The notes beneath the pieces were generated by a model. It was given only the letters and a program-made list of their open reading frames with translations. It did not search any database and was not told the origin of the DNA. Of a DNA stretch of 51,676 bases, positions 28,718 through 36,901 are shown piece by piece. Positions within the stretch are counted from its first letter, which is position 1. Each line of letters begins with the position of its first letter. Both the position numbers and the translations under genes were made by a program. Origin of the DNA: a phage; sequence record PZ534514.1. One strand, given 5' to 3'.

Positions 28718-29032
28718 TTAAAAATCGTCTAGCAACTCACGAAAGTTGTTAAGCGTTGCAACTTTAGCGCAATCCCACTCCGTCGATCCGGCTTCTTCCC
28801 ACGGAGAACCAGGCCCGTGATTTGTCATATCGTCGATTAGTGATGAAATTTCATCAACAACAATATCTTTCAAATGCTCTCGGTGCTCTATGTCTTCCAC
28901 TGGCTCAAAACCCTGAATGCACCCACCCAAAACCTGTTGGCGCTTTTTAGCCTCCTCCAGCGTGTCACAAATTGCGCGGCGCTCCTGCTTGTTTTCGTTA
29001 GTTCCGATCTTGTAGTAGTGAATGAAAATCAT
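28718..29032 (-). CDS. Hypothetical protein
   Basis: 104-aa ORF, RBS ggag, ATGA-type coupling. Confidence 0.55.
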   Translation of the reverse strand: MIFIHYYKIGTNENKQERRAICDTLEEAKKRQQVLGGCIQGFEPVEDIEHREHLKDIVVDEISSLIDDMTNHGPGSPWEEAGSTEWDCAKVATLNNFRELLDDF

Positions 29033-29337
29033 TTATATTTCTCCGTTACCTGCTTTGCAACTGATTGAGCGTAATTGGCAAATGCCGACTCCATGCTTTC
29101 ATTCTTTCGCTTCCAGTCTTCAATCTGCTGATCGCGGTATCCGTTCTCACCAAACCAGGCTGCTGTTTCTGCCTGTTCTGTTCCTGACGGCTCGAAAGCG
29201 TGCTCCAACTGCTTAAAAACCTCGCACGCTACAGGCTCGTAAATTTTTACCGTCGCTTGAAGCCCGACGTTTTCTCTCCACCCAAAGGCCGCTAACATAA
29301 TGCGTGCTTGTTCTTCTGAAAGGTTAATCGTGATCAT
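29029..29337 (-). CDS. Hypothetical protein
   Basis: ATG at 29337 overlapping the upstream stop (ATGA); 102 aa. Confidence 0.55.
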   Translation of the reverse strand: MITINLSEEQARIMLAAFGWRENVGLQATVKIYEPVACEVFKQLEHAFEPSGTEQAETAAWFGENGYRDQQIEDWKRKNESMESAFANYAQSVAKQVTEKYK

Positions 29338-29546
29338 TCTTCTACTACCTCGCATTCGTCATGATTTACGCCGATGTTATCACCGATTCGAATTTCTTCT
29401 GTGTTGCGGATTGCCAACACGCAGTAAGAACCATCGCGAAAGAATCCGTCAACCTCTACAATGTCACCAACTTTGAACCCGCATTGCTCAAGGGTAATGC
29501 TTCCGTCGTTGCGGTCAATGTCAACCCTGGTGATTCGAATTTTCAT
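29334..29546 (-). CDS. Hypothetical protein
   Basis: 70-aa ORF preceded by the conserved leader and RBS gaggaaa. Confidence 0.55.
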   Translation of the reverse strand: MKIRITRVDIDRNDGSITLEQCGFKVGDIVEVDGFFRDGSYCVLAIRNTEEIRIGDNIGVNHDECEVVEE

Positions 29547-29578
29547 TTTGATTTCCTCTGTTTCGCTTCAATGAGGAC

Positions 29579-29624
29579 ACTTTAACAAATGCCCTCGCGG
29601 AAGTTTTAACAAAAAGTGCTATTA
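29579..29624 (-). promoter_or_regulatory. Promoter-like element, conserved motif family
   Basis: Minus strand TAATAGCACTTTTTGTTAAAAC, 22 bp, TAAAGT, then leader and ATG at 29546. Confidence 0.5.
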
Positions 29625-29909
29625 GCTCATATAATAAATTTCATCTCGCACAAAATCGTCAAAATCAGATTGCGTTAATAGTCGATCCTCTAATGCTGCC
29701 TGCTCAATCATTTCAACCAGGGCGCAATCCATATCAAGATAATGCGCATCAAAATCATACCATGACGCCATTTCGCGCGCCCAGGAGCGACAATTCTTGA
29801 ATCCGTAACGTCGGATACAGTTTGCTGTGTGAAATGAGTCATTCCAACCACGCTCAAGCGCTGCCTTTTCGAATGCGTTAATCAACATTTTACGATTGCT
29901 TTTAGCCAT
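29622..29909 (-). CDS. Hypothetical protein
   Basis: 95-aa ORF with strong RBS aaaaggagg. Confidence 0.6.
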   Translation of the reverse strand: MAKSNRKMLINAFEKAALERGWNDSFHTANCIRRYGFKNCRSWAREMASWYDFDAHYLDMDCALVEMIEQAALEDRLLTQSDFDDFVRDEIYYMS

Positions 29910-29952
29910 TTGTTTCCTCCTTTTAGCGCCACCGAAGCGGCGCGGTTAAACA

Positions 29953-30129
29953 TTATTTCTTCCCGGTCAGAATGTAACGCTTGCCATTTTTAAATCCATC
30001 GCCGTAGCCGTAATATGCGCCAGCCAGGAAGATAATCATTCCGCCGACTGACTCAACAATGCCGCTATACCCATAAGCCAAATGGGAACCAGCGATAAGG
30101 GCAATAAAAGTGATAATTACTCTTTTCAT
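29953..30129 (-). CDS. Small membrane protein
   Basis: ATG at 30129 overlapping the upstream stop (ATGA); hydrophobic. Confidence 0.5.
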   Translation of the reverse strand: MKRVIITFIALIAGSHLAYGYSGIVESVGGMIIFLAGAYYGYGDGFKNGKRYILTGKK

Positions 30130-30389
30130 ACGTGATCCCATACGTCGCACTTTTTGACAACCAGCAAACGCAGCTTGTAAGGTCGGAACTTGTGCAACTT
30201 TTTAGCGTACTCACGCGCTTCGCTGTAGCTATTGAACTCCATAGCCCAAAAGCCGAAAGCATCATCCGTCAGATATTCCCAATCCCCACTAATAACGCGG
30301 CGGCGTTGCAGGTAATAAATCTTGCATTCTGTGCAAGCAACGATCCGGTATTCAGGTTTAAAGATTCGTTTTAGTGCATTAAAAACCAT
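30126..30389 (-). CDS. Hypothetical protein
   Basis: 87-aa ORF, RBS gaggg. Confidence 0.55.
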   Translation of the reverse strand: MVFNALKRIFKPEYRIVACTECKIYYLQRRRVISGDWEYLTDDAFGFWAMEFNSYSEAREYAKKLHKFRPYKLRLLVVKKCDVWDHV

Positions 30390-30502
30390 ATTGCGGCCCT
30401 CACTGAATAAACAACTAAGAGAATCAAGAATAACACAATCATGATTTCATGAAAATTAAATGGCGGCTTTGGATTGGTTGCGTTGTTGTTATTTTCCAGC
30501 AT
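30371..30502 (-). CDS. Small membrane peptide (43 aa)
   Basis: ATG at 30502 with RBS aaaggga; C-terminal hydrophobic helix. Confidence 0.3.
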   Translation of the reverse strand: MLENNNNATNPKPPFNFHEIMIVLFLILLVVYSVRAAIWFLMH

Positions 30503-30893
30503 TTCGCGCAATCCCTTTGTACATGCAGTAAAAATCACTGCCAGGCTTTTTGAACTTGATCGCATTTCGAGCAAGTCGGCGCATCCGTCGCGCATCGTAT
30601 CGCGCTCTCTGAAATGGTATTTTCATTGCCTTAACATGGCAGCCGCGATGATCGCTGATTCGCTTAAGCTCAATCAAAACGCCTTGAGTTGCCACTACGC
30701 AATAATGATCAAATCCCAAACGGCGAGTTATGATATAGCCATTCTTGATGCGTGGTCGGTTAAACTCTTTGGTCGATCCGATATAGCGATCTGAAGCCGT
30801 TACAATCTCGCCTTTACGAATACCGCATATCTCACCACATACCCAGGTCACAACAAATTTTGTGCCTACGCGGATTTTGTGAAGATCTAACAT
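30489..30893 (-). CDS. Cys/His-rich hypothetical protein (possible zinc-binding)
   Basis: ATG at 30893 with RBS gagaggg; residues CGEIC, DHYC, HRGCH; basic C-terminus. Confidence 0.55.
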   Translation of the reverse strand: MLDLHKIRVGTKFVVTWVCGEICGIRKGEIVTASDRYIGSTKEFNRPRIKNGYIITRRLGFDHYCVVATQGVLIELKRISDHRGCHVKAMKIPFQRARYDARRMRRLARNAIKFKKPGSDFYCMYKGIARNAGK

Positions 30894-30923
30894 GTTCAAG
30901 CCCTCTCGTTGATTGGTGTTTGC

Positions 30924-30969
30924 ATTATAGCGAGGCATTGCGCCCCGCTTTTAGCAATTCGTGCTATTT
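30924..30969 (-). promoter_or_regulatory. Promoter-like element, conserved motif family
   Basis: Minus strand AAATAGCACGAATTGCTAAAAG, 22 bp, TATAAT. Confidence 0.55.
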
Positions 30970-31554
30970 GATCTTAATGTGTTTCCACTGGACAGTTTTG
31001 ATGATCTCGTCAACTGTCTTTTCTGGATCTCCATCAGTCATTGTGAAGTCGTAATGTTTTATGCGGTGATGGTATCCGCTCAGGTCAATATAGTTTCGTG
31101 AATCGCCATCAAACGTGAAACCTTCGCGATGCAGTCGGCAAATGTGCACTTCATGGCCTGCCTTAACGAGCGGTTTGATTTCTTCAGGGAATCCGCCATC
31201 ACTAATTACAACAGCCAAATCCCTGTACATCTCGTGTACTTGTTCAACCATGCGATTTCCGAAATATTGCTCGCCAAAAGTTGGCTTCATGACGTCTTCA
31301 CTAATCCAGATCATGAACTGGCGCGGCGACTTGCCTTGCAAGATTGCTTGAGGCTTTTCTTTCTGCTTGCGGTCGTTATAAAGATCAATAAACTCGTCAT
31401 ATCGGTAAACGCCAAGCATGGAGAATGCAATATCAAACATAGGCTGTTTAAACGACGCTTTAACGGCTGCGTAACGATGACCCGTTAAGTATGCCGCAAG
31501 CGTATCCTTGCCAACTCCTGGCGGTCCGTTAAGGATGATAATGTCTCGCTTCAT
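30964..31554 (-). CDS. P-loop nucleotide kinase (T4 Dnk-like)
   Basis: ATG at 31554 with RBS ggag; Walker A GPPGVGKDT; overall pattern resembles T4 deoxynucleoside monophosphate kinase. Confidence 0.65.
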   Translation of the reverse strand: MKRDIIILNGPPGVGKDTLAAYLTGHRYAAVKASFKQPMFDIAFSMLGVYRYDEFIDLYNDRKQKEKPQAILQGKSPRQFMIWISEDVMKPTFGEQYFGNRMVEQVHEMYRDLAVVISDGGFPEEIKPLVKAGHEVHICRLHREGFTFDGDSRNYIDLSGYHHRIKHYDFTMTDGDPEKTVDEIIKTVQWKHIKIK

Positions 31555-31555
31555 A

Positions 31556-31693
31556 TTAGTTTTCTCCATATCTGCTTGAATGTTTACCTGGGCGCTGCCG
31601 CTTCTTGCGATAGCGTTGATTCATCTCGCGGTGCTCGTCGTAGCTGTAGCGCTTTTTCTTGGTTACGATTTTTTCGAAGTTTCGCATCTTCAT
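31556..31693 (-). CDS. Small basic protein (45 aa)
   Basis: ATG at 31693 with RBS aggag; Lys/Arg-rich; not in ORF track because under 60 aa. Confidence 0.4.
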   Translation of the reverse strand: MKMRNFEKIVTKKKRYSYDEHREMNQRYRKKRQRPGKHSSRYGEN

Positions 31694-31748
31694 GAACTCC
31701 TGTTGTTATCTCAACATAGCGCACTGCATAAATGCGCTATAGTAAGAA

Positions 31749-31934
31749 TCACCACTTAAAACCGCTTTCATCCCGCACAATCTGGTAAAGCGCCACCCAA
31801 AAACACACAAACCAGAACATCAGAACAAGAGGCTGATCTTTATCCGTGCAATCACACTCTTTAACAAATGCGCGGAAGATGAATAAACCTGAAATATAAA
31901 AGAAAACCACTAAAAATACAAGTAACCAAATCAT
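31749..31934 (-). CDS. Small membrane protein
   Basis: 61 aa, two hydrophobic segments, ATGA overlap with upstream gene. Confidence 0.55.
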   Translation of the reverse strand: MIWLLVFLVVFFYISGLFIFRAFVKECDCTDKDQPLVLMFWFVCFWVALYQIVRDESGFKW

Positions 31935-32194
31935 TTGTTGACCCCTTCAATTACCAGCGTGTAAAGCAGAACTGGATTTTGCATGTCTCGGCGGCGCGGC
32001 TCTCGTGGCGAATCTGGCCATGCACATTTCCCGTTTGCCACAATATAACCCACCAGGTCACTAAGTTTTGATATACCGTCTCGACTAATCACGTTGTATG
32101 CAACATCTTCGCCGTCAATGGAATGGATAGCAAAGAAACTTGGCGCGCCGTCAATCTTGTCTACCGCTTTGAAAAACTCAACTTTATTAACCAT
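31931..32194 (-). CDS. Hypothetical protein
   Basis: 87-aa ORF with the conserved leader and RBS gagga. Confidence 0.55.
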   Translation of the reverse strand: MVNKVEFFKAVDKIDGAPSFFAIHSIDGEDVAYNVISRDGISKLSDLVGYIVANGKCAWPDSPREPRRRDMQNPVLLYTLVIEGVNK

Positions 32195-32225
32195 GATTTA
32201 ATCCTCGTTTGTTGTCGATGGGCTT

Positions 32226-32270
32226 ACTATACCGCAAGCCCGATAATCTGTTTTTGCAAAAGTGCTACTT
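32226..32270 (-). promoter_or_regulatory. Promoter-like element (motif variant)
   Basis: Minus strand AAGTAGCACTTTTGCAAAAAC, spacer, TATAGT, with hairpin gggctt/aagccc spanning the -10. Confidence 0.5.
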
Positions 32271-32422
32271 ACGAACGCAGAATACTTCAACTCCTTTATC
32301 GTTATCTGACATATGCAAAATTACTTGCTCTCTCGCGGCCTGGCATCTTGATTCACCGTGGAACTCACGAGACTCAATGGCGGCTGAATTGTAGCTTGTG
32401 ATAATCACAAATAGAATCCATG

Positions 32423-32962
32423 TCATTTCAATTCCTCCACGCCATGCGATTGGATATGATTATGTGGCTTGTCGTATTCCGTGACCTGATAGGTTGTGAT
32501 TCCCAGGCTGCGGAAGTGCTTAACCACGTTCGGAGAATCATCAAAAGCACACACTATGTTTTCCAGTCCGATAGCGCGCAAGACTTCTTCTTTGATGATT
32601 GTGTCTTTGCGGTTGTCTTCCTTGCGGCGCATGATTAACGCATCGTACTTGATGCCGTTTTCGTTAAGCCATTTGCAGGTGTCCTCCATTACTTCATCGC
32701 TGCGTCCGGTAAGGATAACGATGGCAAATCCAGACATCCACAAACCGTTAACCACTGCAACCGTGCTCTTAATCGGCGAATCGCCAACAGCCGCCTTATT
32801 GAACTCAGACCAGCTTTCTGTAAGGTGCAAATCTTCTGTAGGAAGCAGGTGCAAGCGATGCGTTCCGTCTGATAACGTTCCGTCCAGGTCAACGATAACA
32901 ATCGGCTTGGAAGTGGAAAAATGGTATTTGCTGCTCCAAAGTTCAAATTCGTATTTTTTCAT
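32423..32962 (-). CDS. HAD-family phosphatase, T4 Pnk 3'-phosphatase-domain-like
   Basis: ATG at 32962; DxDGT motif IVIVDLDGTLSD, ILTGR and RKDTIIKEEV...AFDDSPNVV blocks parallel the T4 Pnk phosphatase domain. Confidence 0.7.
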   Translation of the reverse strand: MKKYEFELWSSKYHFSTSKPIVIVDLDGTLSDGTHRLHLLPTEDLHLTESWSEFNKAAVGDSPIKSTVAVVNGLWMSGFAIVILTGRSDEVMEDTCKWLNENGIKYDALIMRRKEDNRKDTIIKEEVLRAIGLENIVCAFDDSPNVVKHFRSLGITTYQVTEYDKPHNHIQSHGVEELK

Positions 32963-32973
32963 TATCAAACCTA

Positions 32974-33195
32974 TCAATTAAAATGAATTTGCTTGTATTC
33001 GATTTCATCTGCCAGATCATTTAACTTATCCGCCAGCTTGCGCACCTGGTCAATGGTGAGTATCGACCTAAAATCCGGCCTGCGCCCACCTTCAAACGTG
33101 ACATCAATAAACACACGGTCGCCGAACTTGTATACCTCAAGCGCATCGCCATGATTATCAATAAACTTGTGTTTAACGCGCTTATTTGTCTCCAT
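32974..33195 (-). CDS. Hypothetical protein
   Basis: 73-aa ORF. Confidence 0.5.
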   Translation of the reverse strand: METNKRVKHKFIDNHGDALEVYKFGDRVFIDVTFEGGRRPDFRSILTIDQVRKLADKLNDLADEIEYKQIHFN

Positions 33196-33412
33196 CCTTC
33201 ACCTCCTCAAATTCAGCAATCACCATAGCGTACGCCATAACCTTAGTGCCTTCGCCACCGTTCAGGAACATGCGATGCCCCTTACTATTGCTCACGTAAA
33301 AAGATCCGGTTGATGATTTCAGTTTTTGCGCCGTATAGATTTCGCCAGGCTTGAACATTCCAGCACAACCATAATTAACGGAAACGCATTTCATCTTCTT
33401 GCTAATGTACAT
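33182..33412 (-). CDS. Hypothetical protein
   Basis: ATG at 33412 with RBS aaggag; 76 aa. Confidence 0.55.
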   Translation of the reverse strand: MYISKKMKCVSVNYGCAGMFKPGEIYTAQKLKSSTGSFYVSNSKGHRMFLNGGEGTKVMAYAMVIAEFEEVKDGDK

Positions 33413-33442
33413 CGTTTTATCTCCTTCGTTGAAAGTGAGGCC

Positions 33443-33486
33443 ATTATACCTGGCCCCACATTTGAGTTTTAACAATTCGTGCTATT
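33443..33486 (-). promoter_or_regulatory. Promoter-like element, conserved motif family
   Basis: Minus strand AAATAGCACGAATTGTTAAAAC, 21-22 bp, TATAAT. Confidence 0.55.
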
Positions 33487-34367
33487 TACACTTTGACTTT
33501 CCACTTAACCATAGTTCCGCGCTTGATGCTGATCTCTCCTGCAACAGTCCGGTTTTTCGCACTGCCATAATGAAGCAGAAGAATAACAACGTCATCATGA
33601 ATCTCGATCGTCTTTGGCTTTGCCGTTAATTCATACCATGCGCCATCATCAAGCTGGACTCCTTTTAGCGTGGCTGCAACTGGCATATCTTCAATAGCGC
33701 TCTGACTTACGAGATCTTGCGCAACAAGACCGGACGCCTTGATTGTTTGACTGTGAATCTGCTCGCCAATACGTCGCGCAGCGTTGTCTATTGCCTGCGC
33801 AAAATATGATTTACCTCCGCCAATTGGCGCATCTCCAAACAAGTGTTTTGTAATGTCTTCCACGTAGTACACCTTATCTTCTTCATTGTGCGGATTGAAT
33901 TTGTTATGAGCGTTGACAAAGAAATCAACCTTAAGCTCTGATTTCTGACCGTCGCTATAGACGCCGTTTTCTGGTGACGTATAGCGAATCGTTGAGTTAC
34001 CAACCGTGCGGAACACGATCGGATACTTGATGTTATCCACGCTTAAGCACCACAGCTTTTTGTAGTCGCAGGTTTTCATATTGACCATCGGAATTTCTGC
34101 GCGTTCCGGCGAGCGCACTGGTAACACCTGGCCTTTATATGGCTTGTAGTGCAAGCATGTGTAGCCTGGCATTGCGTAACTGTAGTCTCTGAGTGAGTTG
34201 TAGTGTTTATTGTGCGCTTCAATGAAGTGTTCAATCTCCATTGTTGAAGCGTTTGGACTTCCGTATTCGTTAAACTTAGTGCATGTCTTCTCGTCGGAAA
34301 ACATGAAGTGACCAACGCCGCGAGATTCGAAGGTGATCGGGAATTTAATGTTAGCAAGTTTTAACAT
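33486..34367 (-). CDS. Hypothetical protein with internal tandem duplication (293 aa)
   Basis: Two repeats: IKFPITFESRG...FIEAHNKHYNSL and IKYPIVFRTVG...FVNAHNKFNPH; RBS aggag. Confidence 0.65.
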   Translation of the reverse strand: MLKLANIKFPITFESRGVGHFMFSDEKTCTKFNEYGSPNASTMEIEHFIEAHNKHYNSLRDYSYAMPGYTCLHYKPYKGQVLPVRSPERAEIPMVNMKTCDYKKLWCLSVDNIKYPIVFRTVGNSTIRYTSPENGVYSDGQKSELKVDFFVNAHNKFNPHNEEDKVYYVEDITKHLFGDAPIGGGKSYFAQAIDNAARRIGEQIHSQTIKASGLVAQDLVSQSAIEDMPVAATLKGVQLDDGAWYELTAKPKTIEIHDDVVILLLHYGSAKNRTVAGEISIKRGTMVKWKVKV

Positions 34368-34421
34368 AGTGCTTTCTCCTGATTGGTTTAACTGGGCGAC
34401 GCCGTGCCGCCCTATGTGTGT

Positions 34422-34468
34422 ATTATGCCTAGTTATCGTTTTTGAGTTTTAACAAAAAGTGCTATTTA
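34422..34468 (-). promoter_or_regulatory. Promoter-like element, conserved motif family
   Basis: Minus strand AAATAGCACTTTTTGTTAAAAC, 22 bp, CATAAT, then hairpin gggcggcacggcgtcgccc. Confidence 0.55.
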
Positions 34469-34651
34469 GAATTTTACCTCTTCCACAAGCTCAACCATTT
34501 TATAACCCAGCCGATAAGAGTCACCGAACAACAAGATCCCCATAAATTCATCGCGGCTTATTGACTCTTTGCCAACCGTTCTAAGCTCGCCGTTGTGAAT
34601 CACAGTATCGCCGATCTTGATTTCTGATTTATGGACTAATTTCGTTTTCAT
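34466..34651 (-). CDS. Hypothetical protein
   Basis: 61-aa ORF. Confidence 0.45.
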   Translation of the reverse strand: MKTKLVHKSEIKIGDTVIHNGELRTVGKESISRDEFMGILLFGDSYRLGYKMVELVEEVKF

Positions 34652-34666
34652 TTATTCACCTGCTAA

Positions 34667-34852
34667 TTAAAAGAAAGCTACATAGTTTGCAATGCCTTTG
34701 GCGTCGTCGTTTGGCATTGCTTTTACAGCCAGGTCATAACCCGCATCTACCTTCTGCTTTGCTGTTTCTTCGTTGTAGCCCCAGATAACCAGGATTTTAA
34801 CTACGTTTTCTTTGTTCAGGACTTTAAGGTCTTTGGTGATGCGACGTGCCAT
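34667..34852 (-). CDS. Hypothetical protein
   Basis: 61-aa ORF preceded by the conserved leader. Confidence 0.5.
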   Translation of the reverse strand: MARRITKDLKVLNKENVVKILVIWGYNEETAKQKVDAGYDLAVKAMPNDDAKGIANYVAFF

Positions 34853-34884
34853 TTTGTTTTCCTCAATCTCGTTTCGATGAGGCT

Positions 34885-34930
34885 ATTATGCCAGGATTTG
34901 CACCTGGCGTTTTAACAAAAAGTGCTATTT
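34885..34930 (-). promoter_or_regulatory. Promoter-like element, conserved motif family
   Basis: Minus strand AAATAGCACTTTTTGTTAAAAC, hairpin gccagg/cctggc in spacer, CATAAT. Confidence 0.55.
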
Positions 34931-35185
34931 AATATCTGTTGTGACTTGTTGGTGCATTACGTTTTTGCCGCTCCGGTATGTGCTATCCGTTGCGCCATTA
35001 CAATTGGTGTAATAGATTGCTCGACCGTTGTCATAGAATCGGTACGCGGTGCATCCATCAACAGTAAACAGGCGACCGACTTTAAAATCTGACTCCACGC
35101 CTACGACTACCGTTGATTCAGATGCCTTTTCGCATCCGGTCAGGGTAGCAATTGCAATCAAAACTCCAATTAATGCCTTATTCAT
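34925..35185 (-). CDS. Small lipoprotein (second lipoprotein gene)
   Basis: Signal peptide with lipobox LTGC; 86 aa; second gene of the leftward early operon. Confidence 0.7.
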   Translation of the reverse strand: MNKALIGVLIAIATLTGCEKASESTVVVGVESDFKVGRLFTVDGCTAYRFYDNGRAIYYTNCNGATDSTYRSGKNVMHQQVTTDIK

Positions 35186-35655
35186 TATTCATCCCCCACC
35201 TTTACCATCTCGTTGAGCATTTCATTCATTCGCTCAAGTGCGATTGCCGCACCCTCCAGGCGCTCACCTTCCAGATCACTGATTCGCGGCTGTGTTTTCA
35301 GTAGTTGAGCAATAAACTTTGCTCGCCACTTGATTTCAAGTTTCGCTATATCATCCCCAGTCAGAACGCGAGGTTTGCTTTTGGCTTCAGTGAGCGCAAA
35401 CACAAAGCCATCACCCTCATCAGTCACCTTTCGCTTAATGCTGATCACGCCTTTTTGCTTCACTTCAGGTACGCGGTTGACAACCTGGCGCATGTACGAT
35501 GCCGTAATTGCTTCGCCGTTCTCCACATTAGCGCACAAAAAAAGCGCTGGCATGAATACATTATTACGCTCACCACTACCAATTGCCGCGCCCAGGTCGC
35601 GAAGCATATCGCAGAACTCACTACGCGACATAGAACTAACATTTTCTTCATTCAT
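35185..35655 (-). CDS. Hypothetical early protein (first gene of leftward early operon)
   Basis: 156 aa, RBS aaggag, next to the divergent control region. Confidence 0.65.
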   Translation of the reverse strand: MNEENVSSMSRSEFCDMLRDLGAAIGSGERNNVFMPALFLCANVENGEAITASYMRQVVNRVPEVKQKGVISIKRKVTDEGDGFVFALTEAKSKPRVLTGDDIAKLEIKWRAKFIAQLLKTQPRISDLEGERLEGAAIALERMNEMLNEMVKVGDE

Positions 35656-35829
35656 GGCGTCTACTCCTTTTGTTGCGTTTAAACTGGCTGCATTATTGCC
35701 TTGCCCTTCCTACATGTCAATGTATTTTTGTGTTTTGATAACAATTTTTGGCGCATGGCGTGTTTAAAGATAACAAAATGCTTCAGTTAAGCCATTGGTT
35801 TTTCTGTTAAAAATGACCTTGTTGACTTG

Positions 35830-36040
35830 GTTGACGGAGGATTGCTCCATACCCATATATATACATACAAAAATCACCACACATCACCATTGATTAAAAA
35901 ATATACAATCACACATACATATCACCGCAAACAATACCACTCCACCATATACCCATAGAACAATCTCAACAGTAAATAACAAATATAAATACATATATAA
36001 CTAACTTATTGATTTTATGGGCATATATATAAATTTTATT
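35830..36040. promoter_or_regulatory. AT-rich divergent control region with ATCACC repeats and IHF-consensus site; homologous to 6230-6440
   Basis: ATCACC repeats at 35871-35930; taacttattgatt at 36002-36014; repeated ttgacttggttgac at 35822-35835. Confidence 0.5.
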
Positions 36041-36308
36041 TTGTTCTTTTTGTTGATGAACGCCGATTCTGTTATCTAAAAGTGCGGAGGCTTGATTGTG
36101 ATAACGCAGGGAACAGAAATAACAGATGCGCTCTCCAGGATTGCCGGAAAGGACGCAAGAGGGCCGCGTTTCTCTATCCCCTCCACACAAAAAGTTAATC
36201 AACTGATTAAAATTGATCAAACTCAAAGTCTCACAATCCAGGTGATCGCGAATGATTTATTCCTGTTATTCCTGATTAATGGAATAGATGGAATAATGAC
36301 CAGCCAGC

Positions 36309-36354
36309 AAATAGCACTTTTTGTTAAAACTGAATTGTCCTGATCGGGTACATT
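36309..36354 (+). promoter_or_regulatory. Promoter-like element, conserved motif family
   Basis: aaatagcactttttgttaaaac, 22 bp, tacatt, leader acatcgaaacga, RBS aggag, ATG at 36393. Confidence 0.55.
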
Positions 36355-36392
36355 AGACACATCGAAACGAGATACCCATCAGGAGAAAGCAA

Positions 36393-36665
36393 ATGAACAT
36401 CAGCAAAACCACTTTCAATTTCGCCAAGCGTCATGGTCTGGACCTGACTGTTGAGAATTTCGGCGATGTTCTGCAACTCTGCATTTGGGAAGCGGACAAC
36501 GATTGCGAGTGGCTTTGCTCTTATCGTATCAACTACGATTGCTTAACCTGGCATGGCAATGTTTACCTGCCGCAAGAAGTGAAAGAGGAATTGCCAGCGA
36601 CCATCAACAACGAAGTGTTTTTGCGCAAAGTCCTGAAGTTTATTGCCGAGGAGATCAATAAATGA
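36393..36665 (+). CDS. Hypothetical early protein
   Basis: 90-aa ORF. Confidence 0.6.
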   Translation: MNISKTTFNFAKRHGLDLTVENFGDVLQLCIWEADNDCEWLCSYRINYDCLTWHGNVYLPQEVKEELPATINNEVFLRKVLKFIAEEINK

Positions 36666-36901
36666 TTAGTGAAGTGGATTTTGAACTTGCCGAGGCCCAG
36701 GTAAGGGCCAAAAAGATGGGATTGCGGATCTTGACGCAAACAGTCGAGTTCCCGTCGATGCCGTTCGCATCGTTTCATAAAGTGACGGTATTCATTAGCA
36801 AACGCGAGTGTAATGCGCTAATCCCTGTTGGTGATGATAAGCGCATGGCAAAATTCATTAACGAGTCCTGTGATGTTCTGGAGGCAGTTAAACATGGTTA
36901 A
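36662..36901 (+). CDS. Hypothetical protein
   Basis: 79-aa ORF with ATGA overlap. Confidence 0.55.
   Translation: MISEVDFELAEAQVRAKKMGLRILTQTVEFPSMPFASFHKVTVFISKRECNALIPVGDDKRMAKFINESCDVLEAVKHG

Noticed and set aside
34076-34357. ORF 34076-34357 (-) nested in another frame of gene 33486-34367
   Set aside because: Same-strand alternative frame within a gene that has a strong RBS; Thr/Gln-rich low-complexity translation.
36092-36343. ORF 36092-36343 (+), 83 aa
   Set aside because: Initiates at TTG without RBS, and its 3' end contains the conserved promoter motif at 36309-36330; more likely non-coding regulatory DNA.
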